From an uncultured Alphaproteobacteria bacterium (GTDB lineage: Bacteria > Pseudomonadota > Alphaproteobacteria > Rhizobiales > Xanthobacteraceae), in NCBI GenBank assembly GCA_963734185.1, contig CAVTGA010000001.1, forward strand, positions 386,711-450,710: DNA of 64,000 nt, written 5' to 3'. A model generated the notes under the pieces. It was not told the DNA's origin and searched no databases. It was given only the letters and a program-made list of their open reading frames with translations. Positions 31,425 to 42,380 of this stretch are shown piece by piece (positions within the stretch are counted from its first letter, which is position 1; every line of letters begins with the position of its first letter). The translations under genes and the position numbers were made by a program.

Positions 31425-32576
31425 ATGTTCCGGCACTTCTTGATGCTGCGCCTCACGGTGAAGGATGGCGAGCGCGCCTTCCTCATGCGCAACGGCCGGT
31501 TCGAGCGCGTGCTCGGGCCCGGTCGGCACCGGCTGTTTGATCCCCTGCGCGGGCTTGCGGTCGAACTGTTTCAAGCGGTTCGGACCGAGTATCCCGCGGA
31601 GCGCTTCGCCGTGCTCAAGGCGGCGCGGCCCGATCTGGCAGCGGAGATGTTCGAGGCGGTGGAGACGAAGGCGGATGAAATCGCCATCGTCTCCCTTGAC
31701 GGCCGTCCTTCGTACTTCGTGGCGCCGTGGCTGACGCGCGTGTTCTGGAAGGTCGTGACCAAGGTCGAGGTCGAGCGCATCGATATCGCGCACGACCCGA
31801 AGGTCGCGCCGCGTCATCTCACGATGATCGCGCGCGAGCGCAATACGCTCGTGACCGAGACCGTGGTCGAGAACCACGAGGCGGGCCTGCTCTACATCGA
31901 GGGCAAGCTCGTCGAGCGGCTCGCGCCCGGCCGCCACGCCTACTGGGCGGTCGGGCGCAAGGTCGAGGTCAAGCGCCTCGACCTGCGGCCGCAGGCGGTC
32001 GAGATCACGGCGCAGGAGATGCTGACCAAGGATCGCATCTCGCTGCGCCTGACGCTGACCGCGCTGCGCCGGATCGTCGATCCGGAGCGGGTCGCGAGCG
32101 CGATCGCGGACGTCGACGGCTGGCTCTACCGGCTCGCCCAGTTCGCGATCCGCGAGGCGGTCGCCGCGCGCACGCTCGACGAAGTGCTGTCGGCCAAGGG
32201 CGCGCTCGACGCGGAACTGCGCGCTTACGTGCGCGAGCGCGTGACGGAGACCGGCATCGAGGTGACGGAGCTCGGCGTGAAGGACGTGATCCTGCCCGGC
32301 GAGATCCGCGAGCTGGTCAACAAGGTGGTGGAGGCGGAACGGACGGCGAAGGCCAACCTGATCCGCCGCCACGAGGAGACCGCGGCGACGCGTTCGCTCC
32401 TGAACACCGCCAAGCTGATGGAGGACAACCCGCTCCTCCTGCGGCTCAAGGAGCTGGAGTCGCTCGAGCGGCTGGTGGAGAAGGTCGGCCGGATCGACCT
32501 TCACGCCGGCGAGGGGGCGGGCCTCGATGCCCTGCTCTCGAAGCTCGTGCGCCTGAAGGCGCCCGAGAGCGCGTAA
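31425..32576 (+). CDS. SPFH/band-7 (stomatin or slipin-like) protein
   Basis: AAGGAG RBS seven nt upstream. The sequence contains a band-7 core (…EITAQEMLTKDRISLRLTLTA…) and a C-terminal coiled coil. Confidence 0.7.
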   Translation: MFRHFLMLRLTVKDGERAFLMRNGRFERVLGPGRHRLFDPLRGLAVELFQAVRTEYPAERFAVLKAARPDLAAEMFEAVETKADEIAIVSLDGRPSYFVAPWLTRVFWKVVTKVEVERIDIAHDPKVAPRHLTMIARERNTLVTETVVENHEAGLLYIEGKLVERLAPGRHAYWAVGRKVEVKRLDLRPQAVEITAQEMLTKDRISLRLTLTALRRIVDPERVASAIADVDGWLYRLAQFAIREAVAARTLDEVLSAKGALDAELRAYVRERVTETGIEVTELGVKDVILPGEIRELVNKVVEAERTAKANLIRRHEETAATRSLLNTAKLMEDNPLLLRLKELESLERLVEKVGRIDLHAGEGAGLDALLSKLVRLKAPESA

Positions 32577-32617
32577 GACTGAAGGGCCGCCTCCGAGATC
32601 GGCGGCGGCCCTTCGCA

Positions 32618-33424
32618 CTACTTGCCGAGCCGCTCGATCAGCGCCATGGCGCCTGCCGGGGCGCGCACCTTGCCCTCGTGGATGATGAAGGCGAACACGT
32701 CGCGCGGCTGTTTCGGCGCGGGCTTTGCATCGAGCAAAGGCAGATCGTCCGGCGCGCCGCCCTGCGCCCAGGCGCGGAAACGCGCGGCCCAGGCATCAAG
32801 CGTCTTCGGCGGATAGGCGGTCGGGACCGTGTCCTTGCCGGTCTGCAGCCGCGCGTAGACGAAGTCGCCGGTCACGTCGGCGATCGCCGGATAGGTCTCA
32901 TGCTCGGCAAACACCACGGGGATTGCGAACTTGCGCAGCAGCGCGACGAATCCGGGCACGCGGAAGCTGTCGTGGCGGACTTCGACGACGTGGCGCACAT
33001 CGACCGCGCCGAGCTTCCTCGGCAACAGCTCCAGAAACGCGCCGAAGTCGGCCGCGTCGAACTTCTTGGTCGGCGCGAACTGCCACAGCACCGGACCGAG
33101 CCGATCCTTCAATTCGAGCACGCCGGAATCGAAGAAACGCTTGATCGAATCCCCCGCTTCGGCCAGCACGCGCCGGTTGGTGGTGAAGCGCGATCCCTTG
33201 ACCGAGAACACGAAGCCATCCGGCACGCTTGCCGCCCATTTGGCGAAGGTCTCCGGCTTCTGCGAACCGTAATAGGTCGAGTTGATCTCGATCGCGGTCA
33301 GCCGCTCGCCCGCATAGGCGAGTTCCCGCGCGTGCGGCAGTCCCTTGGGATAGAACACGCCGCGCCACGGCTCGAACGTCCAGCCGCCGATGCCGACGCG
33401 GATCGCTCCGGAATTCGTTGTCAT
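32618..33424 (-). CDS. DUF72-family protein
   Basis: The N-terminal IRVGIGGWTFEPWRGVFYP… is typical of DUF72. Confidence 0.7.
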   Translation of the reverse strand: MTTNSGAIRVGIGGWTFEPWRGVFYPKGLPHARELAYAGERLTAIEINSTYYGSQKPETFAKWAASVPDGFVFSVKGSRFTTNRRVLAEAGDSIKRFFDSGVLELKDRLGPVLWQFAPTKKFDAADFGAFLELLPRKLGAVDVRHVVEVRHDSFRVPGFVALLRKFAIPVVFAEHETYPAIADVTGDFVYARLQTGKDTVPTAYPPKTLDAWAARFRAWAQGGAPDDLPLLDAKPAPKQPRDVFAFIIHEGKVRAPAGAMALIERLGK

Positions 33425-33614
33425 TGGACTGTCTTAACCTTCGGTTAACCATCGCGGCGTAACGATAAGGATTGGAATGGCGATGTCGATGCCCGCGAGG
33501 GCCGCATCGCCGAAGACGGCCACGACTAGCGGGTGACGCCGGATGTACGCGCGCCCTCTCGTTCGTGGTCGTTCGCGTTTCTGCGCCGGCTGTCCCTGGG
33601 GACCGATCCGCGCG

Positions 33615-34190
33615 CTAGCCCTGGCTCTCTGCGGGGAAGATTCCTTGATAGATTTCGAAAAGCGGAATTTCGATCGATAGCGGCCGGATGCGAACGACTC
33701 CCTCATCCCCGGCGACAACGTCGGGTGCGGCCCCGAAGTCCGAGTTGCTGCGCGTCCAGACCCAGGCCTTGGCTTCGTCCTGCGCAAGCACGAGATAAGC
33801 GAGAAGACTTGGAAGCCGGAGGTACTCTGCGGCTTTGTCGCCGAGGTCCGCCGTGACGGATGACGGCGAAAGTATTTCCGCGATCAATGCGGGTGACGTA
33901 GCCGTCAGGTCTCGGAGCGTACCGCCAGCCCTATCGATGATCACATCCGGATAGCGGACGGTGTTCGGGCCGACATCGGCCGCGAAGTCTGAGGTCAAGA
34001 CGGCCCATTGAGCGCTATCGATACGCTTCTCCAGAGCGTTGGCGAGTCGGCGGACAATAAGCGCGTGGCCGCGTGAGCCGCCGGTCATCATGACGACACG
34101 GCCCTTCGCAAGCTCGAAACGTCCCTCGCGCCCTTCGGCCCAGGCAAGGAATGCCGCGCGATCCATCGGAAATGGAGACAACACATTCAT
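33615..34190 (-). CDS. Uma2-family (DUF820) putative restriction-endonuclease-like protein
   Basis: 191 aa with a PD-(D/E)xK-like core (…RYPDVIIDRAG…ALIAEILSPSS…). Confidence 0.6.
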   Translation of the reverse strand: MNVLSPFPMDRAAFLAWAEGREGRFELAKGRVVMMTGGSRGHALIVRRLANALEKRIDSAQWAVLTSDFAADVGPNTVRYPDVIIDRAGGTLRDLTATSPALIAEILSPSSVTADLGDKAAEYLRLPSLLAYLVLAQDEAKAWVWTRSNSDFGAAPDVVAGDEGVVRIRPLSIEIPLFEIYQGIFPAESQG

Positions 34191-34470
34191 GGGCGCCTCA
34201 CAGCGGCGTATTGTAGCGGTGTCTCGCGCGTGAAAAAAGACCGCGTTCGCGCCATCGGTATCGCCCGGAACGTCGTGTGCGTGTCACAAGCGCACGCTCG
34301 TGGCGAGCTATTTCGCGCCGTGCACTTTGAAGGGCGGATCGCTGCGCCGTGCCAGGCGCGCCTCCGCGTGGATGCGCCGCCTTCGACGCATGGCGCAACG
34401 CAGTCGCGGGGCGTATGAGTTCGCGATTGCCGCCCGCTCGGTACGACGGCGGGCTGAGAGGGAACCAAAG

Positions 34471-34839
34471 ATGCCGACGCGCGAACGGGTCGCGGCGTTC
34501 ATCGCCATGGTCGAGGCGAATGCGTTTGTCGAGGCGATCAGGCAGTTCTACACCGAGGACGCCACCATGCAGGAGAACCTGGGAACGCTACGCAGCGGCC
34601 GTGAAGCGCTGATCGCAGGCGAGGAAGCCGCGTTGCGCGGCGTCAAGTCGATCACCGCGCGTCCGGGCTCGACCTATGCCATCGACGGCGACCGCGTGAT
34701 CGTGCGCTGGGTGTTCGACATCGTGCAGCCGGACGGCAAGGCATTCACGCTCGACGAGCTCGCCTACCAGACCTGGCGCGGCGACCGCATCGCGCAGGAA
34801 CGCTTCTATTACGATCCGGCGCAGCGCAAGCCGGTGTAG
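34471..34839 (+). CDS. NTF2/SnoaL-like small protein
   Basis: 122 aa (…AFVEAIRQFYTEDATMQENLGTLRSGREALIAGEEAA…). The start is taken at MPTRERV, which has a GAGGGAA RBS upstream. Confidence 0.55.
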   Translation: MPTRERVAAFIAMVEANAFVEAIRQFYTEDATMQENLGTLRSGREALIAGEEAALRGVKSITARPGSTYAIDGDRVIVRWVFDIVQPDGKAFTLDELAYQTWRGDRIAQERFYYDPAQRKPV

Positions 34840-34842
34840 AGC

Positions 34843-35075
34843 ATGATCCCGAAAAAGCCTGCCCCGGACTTTGATCCGGGGTGGGCACCGGTTTTCGGAA
34901 AAGATCATGCTCAAGCAAGTCGACGCAGTCACGCCCCAAAGCAAAAGGCCCGGGATTGCTCCCGGGCCTTCGTCTCTCCTTCGTCATGCCCGGCCTTGTG
35001 CCGGGCATCCACGGCTTGGGTTAGTGAGTCGAAGCAAGACGTGGATGGCCGGGCCAAGCCCGGCCATGACGGTTA
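34843..35075. repeat. two REP elements (gagcatgatc…gatcatgctc type and cccggccttgtgccgggcatccacg type)
   Basis: gagcatgatcccgaaaaagcctgccccggactttgatccggggtgggcaccggttttcggaaaagatcatgctc is a long palindrome. tcatgcccggccttgtgccgggcatcc…ggatggccgggccaagcccggccatga is a second inverted repeat. They lie between the SnoaL-like gene and groEL. Confidence 0.6.
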
Positions 35076-36749
<1,674 letters not shown>

Positions 36750-37064
36750 TTACGCGGCCTTCTTGCGGGCGGCCTCTTCGACGAGGACGCCCATGATGTC
36801 GCTCTCTTTCATGATCAGGTATTCGACGCCGTCGAGCTTGACCTCGGTGCCGGACCATTTGCCGAACAGCACGCGGTCGCCGGCCTTGACGTCGATCGGG
36901 ATCAGCTTGCCGGCCTCGTCGCGGCCGCCCGGGCCGACGGCGATGACCTCGCCCTGGGAGGGCTTTTCCTTGGCGGTGTCGGGGATGATGATGCCGCCGG
37001 CGCTCTTCTCCTCGGCATCGATGCGCTTGACGACGACGCGGTCGTGAAGCGGACGGAACTTCAT
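36750..37064 (-). CDS. groES: co-chaperonin GroES
   Basis: 104-aa protein starting [29 protein letters not shown]. Confidence 0.95.
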   Translation of the reverse strand: MKFRPLHDRVVVKRIDAEEKSAGGIIIPDTAKEKPSQGEVIAVGPGGRDEAGKLIPIDVKAGDRVLFGKWSGTEVKLDGVEYLIMKESDIMGVLVEEAARKKAA

Positions 37065-37195
37065 GGATATCCTCCTAAGTTATTGTCGGGTTGCAGGTTT
37101 TTGAAACGGCGGTCGACGGAAAGGTCCCCCTCCGGACCGCTCGTGAGCGACATAGGTCACGGGCCTGTGAGCCGCAAGGGGCTCGGCCAAAAAAT

Positions 37196-37224
37196 TTAGC
37201 ACTCGTTACCCTGGACTGCTAGCA
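37196..37224 (-). promoter_or_regulatory. CIRCE-like HrcA operator upstream of groES
   Basis: On the minus strand the sequence reads ctagcagtc-N9-gagtgctaa. The right half matches the CIRCE consensus (TTAGCACTC-N9-GAGTGCTAA) exactly and the left half matches 6 of 9 positions. Confidence 0.5.
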
Positions 37225-37359
37225 GCCGGCGCGGGATTGTCAGCACTACTCCCGAGATGCTGCTAATGCCTTGATTATAAACATTTTATTCACTTTTAAG
37301 GCTTGCAATGTAACTCCAGCGTACCCGAGACTTTAAGTCCGACACAACGGAGGACTTCC

Positions 37360-37629
37360 ATGGTCGGTCGCGACTTCCAGCGCCAGCTTGCGGGTTATGG
37401 GCTCACCACCGCTCATATCTATTACCGCCGTCCCGATCATCCCTGGCTGCTGCAGAGCTACGTCTGGCAGGACTACGATCTGGCACCGAAGTTTCCCGAG
37501 CTGCAGCGTTTCCTCGTGTTCTGGCGCAAGTCGCTCGACGGCGTGCTCCACTCGGTCATGGTGGCGCATTCCGGCCTGATCAAGCCGGCCGAGCTCAGGG
37601 CGGTCGACGGCGTCTTCCGGCTGCATTGA
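37360..37629 (+). CDS. usg: Usg-family small protein
   Basis: GGAGGA RBS upstream. The sequence …LTTAHIYYRRPDHPWLLQSYVWQDYDLAPKFPELQRFLVFWRKSLDG… is typical of Usg-like proteins. Confidence 0.6.
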   Translation: MVGRDFQRQLAGYGLTTAHIYYRRPDHPWLLQSYVWQDYDLAPKFPELQRFLVFWRKSLDGVLHSVMVAHSGLIKPAELRAVDGVFRLH

Positions 37630-37708
37630 TCGCCTCGACCGTCGTTTGACGGCCCGTCCATCGGCGTGACACGCTGACGCCTGTGCACCTCGTTCGGGCA
37701 GCGAAGTC

Positions 37709-38083
37709 ATGACCGTGATCCGTTTCGACTTCGGAACCCTGTCGCTCGATGCCGAGCTGCTCGCGACTCCGACCGCGCAGGCGATCGCCGCGGCGCTGCC
37801 CCACGAGGCGCGCGTGATGACCTGGGGCGAGGAGATCTATTTCGACGTCCCGGTCGACGTTGCGCGCGAGCCGGACGCGCGCGCCGTGGTCACGCCGGGC
37901 GAGATCGCCTACTGGCCGGACGGCCCTTGCATCGCCATCGGCTTCGGCCGCACGCCGATCAGCCAAGGCGACGAATGCCGGCTCGCGAGCCCGTGCAACA
38001 TCTTCGCCAAGGCGCTCGGCGACGTGAAGACGCTCGGGCGCGTCAAGGCCGGGACGCGCGTCAGCGTCAGCAAGCCAGCCTGA
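37709..38083 (+). CDS. cyclophilin-like fold small protein
   Basis: 124 aa (…GEIAYWPDGPCIAIGFGRTPISQGDE…). Confidence 0.5.
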   Translation: MTVIRFDFGTLSLDAELLATPTAQAIAAALPHEARVMTWGEEIYFDVPVDVAREPDARAVVTPGEIAYWPDGPCIAIGFGRTPISQGDECRLASPCNIFAKALGDVKTLGRVKAGTRVSVSKPA

Positions 38084-38123
38084 GCGCAGGCGGCCGACTG
38101 CCGCGTATTTCTCACCGGGCATC

Positions 38124-39287
38124 ATGACACGCCGCGCCGCGCTGGTTCTTTCCGTCGGATTTCTGATCCTGTTCATCGGCGGCGGCGCGCGCTTCGCCAT
38201 CGGCCTGGCCTTCAAGCCCATGGTCGACGAATTCGGCTGGGCCCGCGGCGAGCTCGGTCTCGCGGTCGGGCTTTACATGGTCGTTTCCGCCGGCGCGACC
38301 TTCTTCGCCGGTCAGCTCGCCGACCGCATGAGTCCGCGCACGCTGCTCAGCGGCGGCGTCGTCATCGCTGGAATCGGCATCGCCCTGATGAGCCTGGTCG
38401 CGGCGCCCTGGCACGCGCTCGTGCTCTATGGCGTCGTATTCGCGATCGGCAATGGCGCGGCCTCGTTGACTCCGGTCGGCGTGATGGTGACGCGCGCCTT
38501 TCCCGGACGGGTCGGTTTCGCCAATGCGGCGGTCATATCAGGCACCAGCCTCGGCCAGCTCGTGATGATCGCCGTGCTGGCGGCGGTGCTGGTCGCAATC
38601 GGCTGGCGCTCGGTGTTCGTGTGGCTCGGCCTAGCGCACCTGATGCTGATCCCGTTCCTGTTCGCTCTGCCGGAGGCTGCGCCGCATCGGCCGGCGGCCG
38701 GCGAACGCGAAGGCCTCGGCCTGCGTGCGGCGGCACGCACGCGGTCGTTCTGGCTGCTGCTCGCGGTCTACGCGATCTGCGGGTTCGATGACTTCTTCGT
38801 GGCCACGCACGTCGTCGCCTTCGCGCTCGACCGCGGTGTCGACACGCTGCTCGCCGGCAACCTGCTGGCCTTGATGGGGCTGACCGCGCTCGTCGGCGTG
38901 CTCGCGGCCGGCGCCGTCAGTGACCGCGCCGGCCCCGTCGTGGTGACGGTCGCGGCTTTTGCGGCGCGTGTGGCGGCCTTCGCGCTGATCGTCATCGACC
39001 AGTCGCCGCTCTCGATCGCCATCTACGCGCTGGCGTTCGGCGCCACCTTCCTGGTCACCGCGCCGCTGACCGTCGTGTTCGTGCGCGACCACTTCGGCAC
39101 CAAGAACCTGGGCGCCATTTCGGGCCTGATCACGATGGTGCACCAGCTGTTCGGCGGGCTCGGCGCTTATGGCGGCGCGCTGGTGTTCGACGCGACCGGC
39201 GGCTACGACGCCGTCTTTGCCGTGATGCTCGCAGCCTCAGGGCTCGCGATCGCGCTCACCCTGATGCTACGTCCGGCGCGGATTTGA
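38124..39287 (+). CDS. MFS transporter
   Basis: 387 aa with twelve predicted helices. Confidence 0.7.
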   Translation: MTRRAALVLSVGFLILFIGGGARFAIGLAFKPMVDEFGWARGELGLAVGLYMVVSAGATFFAGQLADRMSPRTLLSGGVVIAGIGIALMSLVAAPWHALVLYGVVFAIGNGAASLTPVGVMVTRAFPGRVGFANAAVISGTSLGQLVMIAVLAAVLVAIGWRSVFVWLGLAHLMLIPFLFALPEAAPHRPAAGEREGLGLRAAARTRSFWLLLAVYAICGFDDFFVATHVVAFALDRGVDTLLAGNLLALMGLTALVGVLAAGAVSDRAGPVVVTVAAFAARVAAFALIVIDQSPLSIAIYALAFGATFLVTAPLTVVFVRDHFGTKNLGAISGLITMVHQLFGGLGAYGGALVFDATGGYDAVFAVMLAASGLAIALTLMLRPARI

Positions 39288-39304
39288 GCGCCGAAAATGC
39301 TCGC

Positions 39305-40390
39305 CTACTGCGCGGTCAGCGCATAGACCGACATTTCGGTGCGCGCGTCAGCGATCGAGAACCAGCGGTGCTGCTCGGCGCGGAACGCGCGCCAGTTCTC
39401 CAGCACCTTCTTGAACTGCTCGCTCTTCGCGGCCTCCTCGTCGAGCACCTGTTCCAGCGCCGTGCGCAACGCGCGCAGGACGTCCGGGGGAAGCACCACG
39501 AGCTGTGCGCCTCCGGCGATGACGCGGGCCAGCGCCTTGGCGTTCTTGGCATCGTATGAAGCGAGCATTTCCACCAGCGCGTAGGTGCAGGCGGCGCGCA
39601 GCATCGTCTGATAGCTCACCGGCAGCGCCGCCCAGGATGTCTTGTTGACGTAGAGGCTGGTGTTGGCGCAAAGCTCGAGCACACCGGGAATGTGCATGTA
39701 CTTCGCGACCTTGTGGAAGCCGAGCTTCTCGTCGTCGTGCGGACCGACCCACTCGGCGGCATCGATCGTGCCCTTCTCCAGCGCCGAATAGATGTCGCCG
39801 CCCGCGATCTGCTGCGGCACGACGCCGAGTTTGGCGAGCACGCGCCCGCCGAAACCCGCGACGCGCATCTTGACGCCAACGAAATCGGCCGGCGTCTTTA
39901 TTTCCTTGCGAAACCAGCCGAAGGTCTGTCCACCGGTATTGCCCATCGGAATGCTGACGACGCCCATGCCGTCATAGACCTCGTCCAGCAGCTTCTTGCC
40001 GTCGCCGAACATGTACCAGGCATTGTGCTGGCGCACGGTGAAGCCGAACGGCAGCGAACCATCGAAGATGAGCGTGGGATTCTTGCCGACATAGTAGCCG
40101 CCGTAGGTGTGTCCGCACTCGACGGTGCCGTTGGAGACCGCGTCCAGAACCTGCAGGCCGGGCACGATCTCACCGGCCGCGAAGGTGTCGATCACGAACT
40201 TGCCGTCGCTCATCTCGTTGACGAATTTGGCGACCGTCGGGGAGGCGCCCCACAGGCCTTCGATGGCCTTGGGGAAGCTCGACGACAGGCGCCATTTGAT
40301 CGTGGGCTGCTGCGCGATGGCGGGAGATGCCACCGCGACGGCGCTCCCGGCCGCGGCAATGCGGGCAAAATGTCGGCGCGATACGGTCAT
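39305..40390 (-). CDS. TRAP transporter substrate-binding protein (DctP family)
   Basis: Start at MTVSRRHFARIAAAGSAVAVASPAIAQQ (a Tat-like signal) with a GGAGGAG RBS. The DctP-like body follows. The ORF track extends it spuriously upstream to 41086. Confidence 0.7.
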   Translation of the reverse strand: MTVSRRHFARIAAAGSAVAVASPAIAQQPTIKWRLSSSFPKAIEGLWGASPTVAKFVNEMSDGKFVIDTFAAGEIVPGLQVLDAVSNGTVECGHTYGGYYVGKNPTLIFDGSLPFGFTVRQHNAWYMFGDGKKLLDEVYDGMGVVSIPMGNTGGQTFGWFRKEIKTPADFVGVKMRVAGFGGRVLAKLGVVPQQIAGGDIYSALEKGTIDAAEWVGPHDDEKLGFHKVAKYMHIPGVLELCANTSLYVNKTSWAALPVSYQTMLRAACTYALVEMLASYDAKNAKALARVIAGGAQLVVLPPDVLRALRTALEQVLDEEAAKSEQFKKVLENWRAFRAEQHRWFSIADARTEMSVYALTAQ

Positions 40391-40534
40391 GGCTCTCCTC
40401 CCGGTGTTGCGATCGTTGCGCCGACAATACCGGTACGATGCGCGCGCGTGAAGGACCGTGCCGGGTTGGAGCCAAGCGAAAGCTGCTATAACCGGCCCGC
40501 CAATTCGCATGGATATCGCGCAGGAGGATGCCCA

Positions 40535-41524
40535 GTGCCGACACGACGCGAGCTGATCTTGACCACGGCGCTCACGCTCGCGGCGGGTGTTCGGCCGGCC
40601 GCAGGGCAGGGCGTCTGGCCGGACCGGCCGCTGCGCATCATGGTCGGGTATCCGGCGGGCGGCGGCGTCGACCTCGTGGCGCGACTGCTCGGCGAGCCGC
40701 TCAAGGCGGCGCTCGGGCAGCCGGTGATCGTGGAGAACCGGCCGGGCGCAAGCGCGATGATCGCCGCGCAGGCGGTGGCGAAGGCGCCTCCCGACGGCTA
40801 CACCTTCCTGATGGCGGCGGCGGGGGAGATCGCCGTCAACCAGCATCTCCACAAGGCCAAGATGGCCTACGACCCGTTGCGCGAGCTCACCCCCGTGGCA
40901 CTCGTCGGCATCGTGCCCTGCGTCGTGGTGGTGGCGGGAGCGACCCCGGTGCGCACGCCGGCGGAACTCGTCGCCTATGCCAAGGCCAACAAGGGCAAGC
41001 TCAGCTTCTCGTCGTCCGGCATCGGCAACCCGCAGCAGCTCGCCGGCGAACTGATGAATCGCATGGCCGGGCTCGACGTGCTGCACGTTCCCTACCGCGG
41101 GGCGGCGCCGGCGGTGACCGATGTCGCGGTCGGCAGCGTCACCATGAGCTTCTCGAGCCTCGCCGCGGCCTTGCCGCTGATGCAGGACGGCAAGCTGCGC
41201 GCGGTCGCGGTCACCTCGCGCGAGCGCATGCCGCAGCTTCCCGACGTAGCCCCCTTGAGCGAAGGCGCGCCGGGGCTTGCCGGCTACGAGCTGCTCAACT
41301 GGTTCGGCCTGTTCGCGACCGGCGGCACGCCCGAGCCGATCGTCGCGCGCGTCTCGGCGATCGTCGGAGAAGCGCTGCGCGACCGGGCGATCGCCGCGAA
41401 GCTGGAGATCCAGGGGATCGTGCCACGGCCGCTGACGCCGGCGCAGTACCGTGCCTTCGTCGCGTCCGAGGCCGAGAAGTTCGCCCGCATCATCGACGAG
41501 GCGAACATCAAGCTTGAGAACTGA
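40535..41524 (+). CDS. Bug/TctC-family tripartite tricarboxylate transporter substrate-binding protein
   Basis: GTG start with a CAGGAGGA RBS. A signal peptide (LILTTALTLAAGVRPAAGQG) is followed by a TctC-like body. Confidence 0.7.
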   Translation: MPTRRELILTTALTLAAGVRPAAGQGVWPDRPLRIMVGYPAGGGVDLVARLLGEPLKAALGQPVIVENRPGASAMIAAQAVAKAPPDGYTFLMAAAGEIAVNQHLHKAKMAYDPLRELTPVALVGIVPCVVVVAGATPVRTPAELVAYAKANKGKLSFSSSGIGNPQQLAGELMNRMAGLDVLHVPYRGAAPAVTDVAVGSVTMSFSSLAAALPLMQDGKLRAVAVTSRERMPQLPDVAPLSEGAPGLAGYELLNWFGLFATGGTPEPIVARVSAIVGEALRDRAIAAKLEIQGIVPRPLTPAQYRAFVASEAEKFARIIDEANIKLEN

Positions 41525-41861
41525 CGCCCCTGTCCTGATCGACAGGAAAGGGCCGCGCCTTTATCGCGCGCTGGCTTGCGACGCCAGCAGCCGCTCCAGG
41601 TCCTCTATTCGCTTCCTCGATCGGCGGGCTGGTCGGCAGCTGGATCATGCCCGGCATCGGCAGCTTCATCGGTTCGTTCGGCAGCCTGCTGGGCGCCTCG
41701 CCCGCCTACACAATCAGTTTCAGAAGCTCGCGTTTCGTCGTCAGTTTCGGCCTGCGAAAGGATACCGGAAACATTGAACTTCCGGCCGCACGTTGGCGAA
41801 TGAACTGAAAGGCCACGAAAGCTATCAAGGAAGCCCAGAAAGTCTTGCGAGGGGCGCCTCG

Positions 41862-42380
41862 ATGTCAGACAGAATATACGTTGTATACACACCGTCGCCC
41901 CAAGTTCGAGGGGTATATCACGCCGCAATTCATTACCAGCGACGGGATGCTGCCGGAAATGTCATTCAGCATAGAGTTGTCGAGGCGGTCCCCGAAAAAG
42001 GAGGGGATCTCTGGTTGTTCGAGAAAGTCCACGGCGTTATCGAGGAGTTTTTTCGAAGCGATAGCGGGGCATCCCGCTTTGGGAAAATTCTGCCGAGAAT
42101 ACTTTTTCCTGAAAATCGCGATCAAGATGCTCCGTACGAAGTTATTGCGGAAGGAGCCGATCTCAGTACGAATTTCGATAAGATATTGCTGTTTGCTTTA
42201 GGCGTGGACCGGTGCATGTTTGCAAGCGCCCAGTCGCGGGGCGCGCGTGTTCGTGCCGACCTACATGAACGAGATCTATGCGTTTGCGCGCCGTTGAGGC
42301 CGAACCTGGGGCGCCAGACCCGTCTCATTGCGCGTCGGCGGTGGGCGGATCGAGCGCTGTGCGGCATTGATTGGACCTGA
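41862..42380 (+). CDS. hypothetical protein in a low-GC patch (3' end uncertain)
   Basis: The GC drop at 41.8-42.2 kb coincides with the ORF MSDRIYVVYTPSPQVRGVYHAAIHYQRRDAAGNVIQHRVVEAVPEKGGDLWLFEKVHGVIEEFF…. The 3' 260 bp overlap the minus-strand hydrolase ORF and cross the 42-bp direct repeat, so the true end is unclear. Confidence 0.35.
   Translation: MSDRIYVVYTPSPQVRGVYHAAIHYQRRDAAGNVIQHRVVEAVPEKGGDLWLFEKVHGVIEEFFRSDSGASRFGKILPRILFPENRDQDAPYEVIAEGADLSTNFDKILLFALGVDRCMFASAQSRGARVRADLHERDLCVCAPLRPNLGRQTRLIARRRWADRALCGIDWT

Noticed and set aside
31098-32618. 506-aa minus-strand ORF
   Set aside because: It is antisense to the SPFH gene, which has an AAGGAG RBS and a band-7 core.
39305-41086. 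593-aa extent of the minus-strand ORF
   Set aside because: Only the 3' 361 codons (from MTVSRRHF with a GGAGGAG RBS) form the TRAP substrate-binding protein. The upstream extension overlaps the TctC gene on the other strand and is Arg/His-rich.
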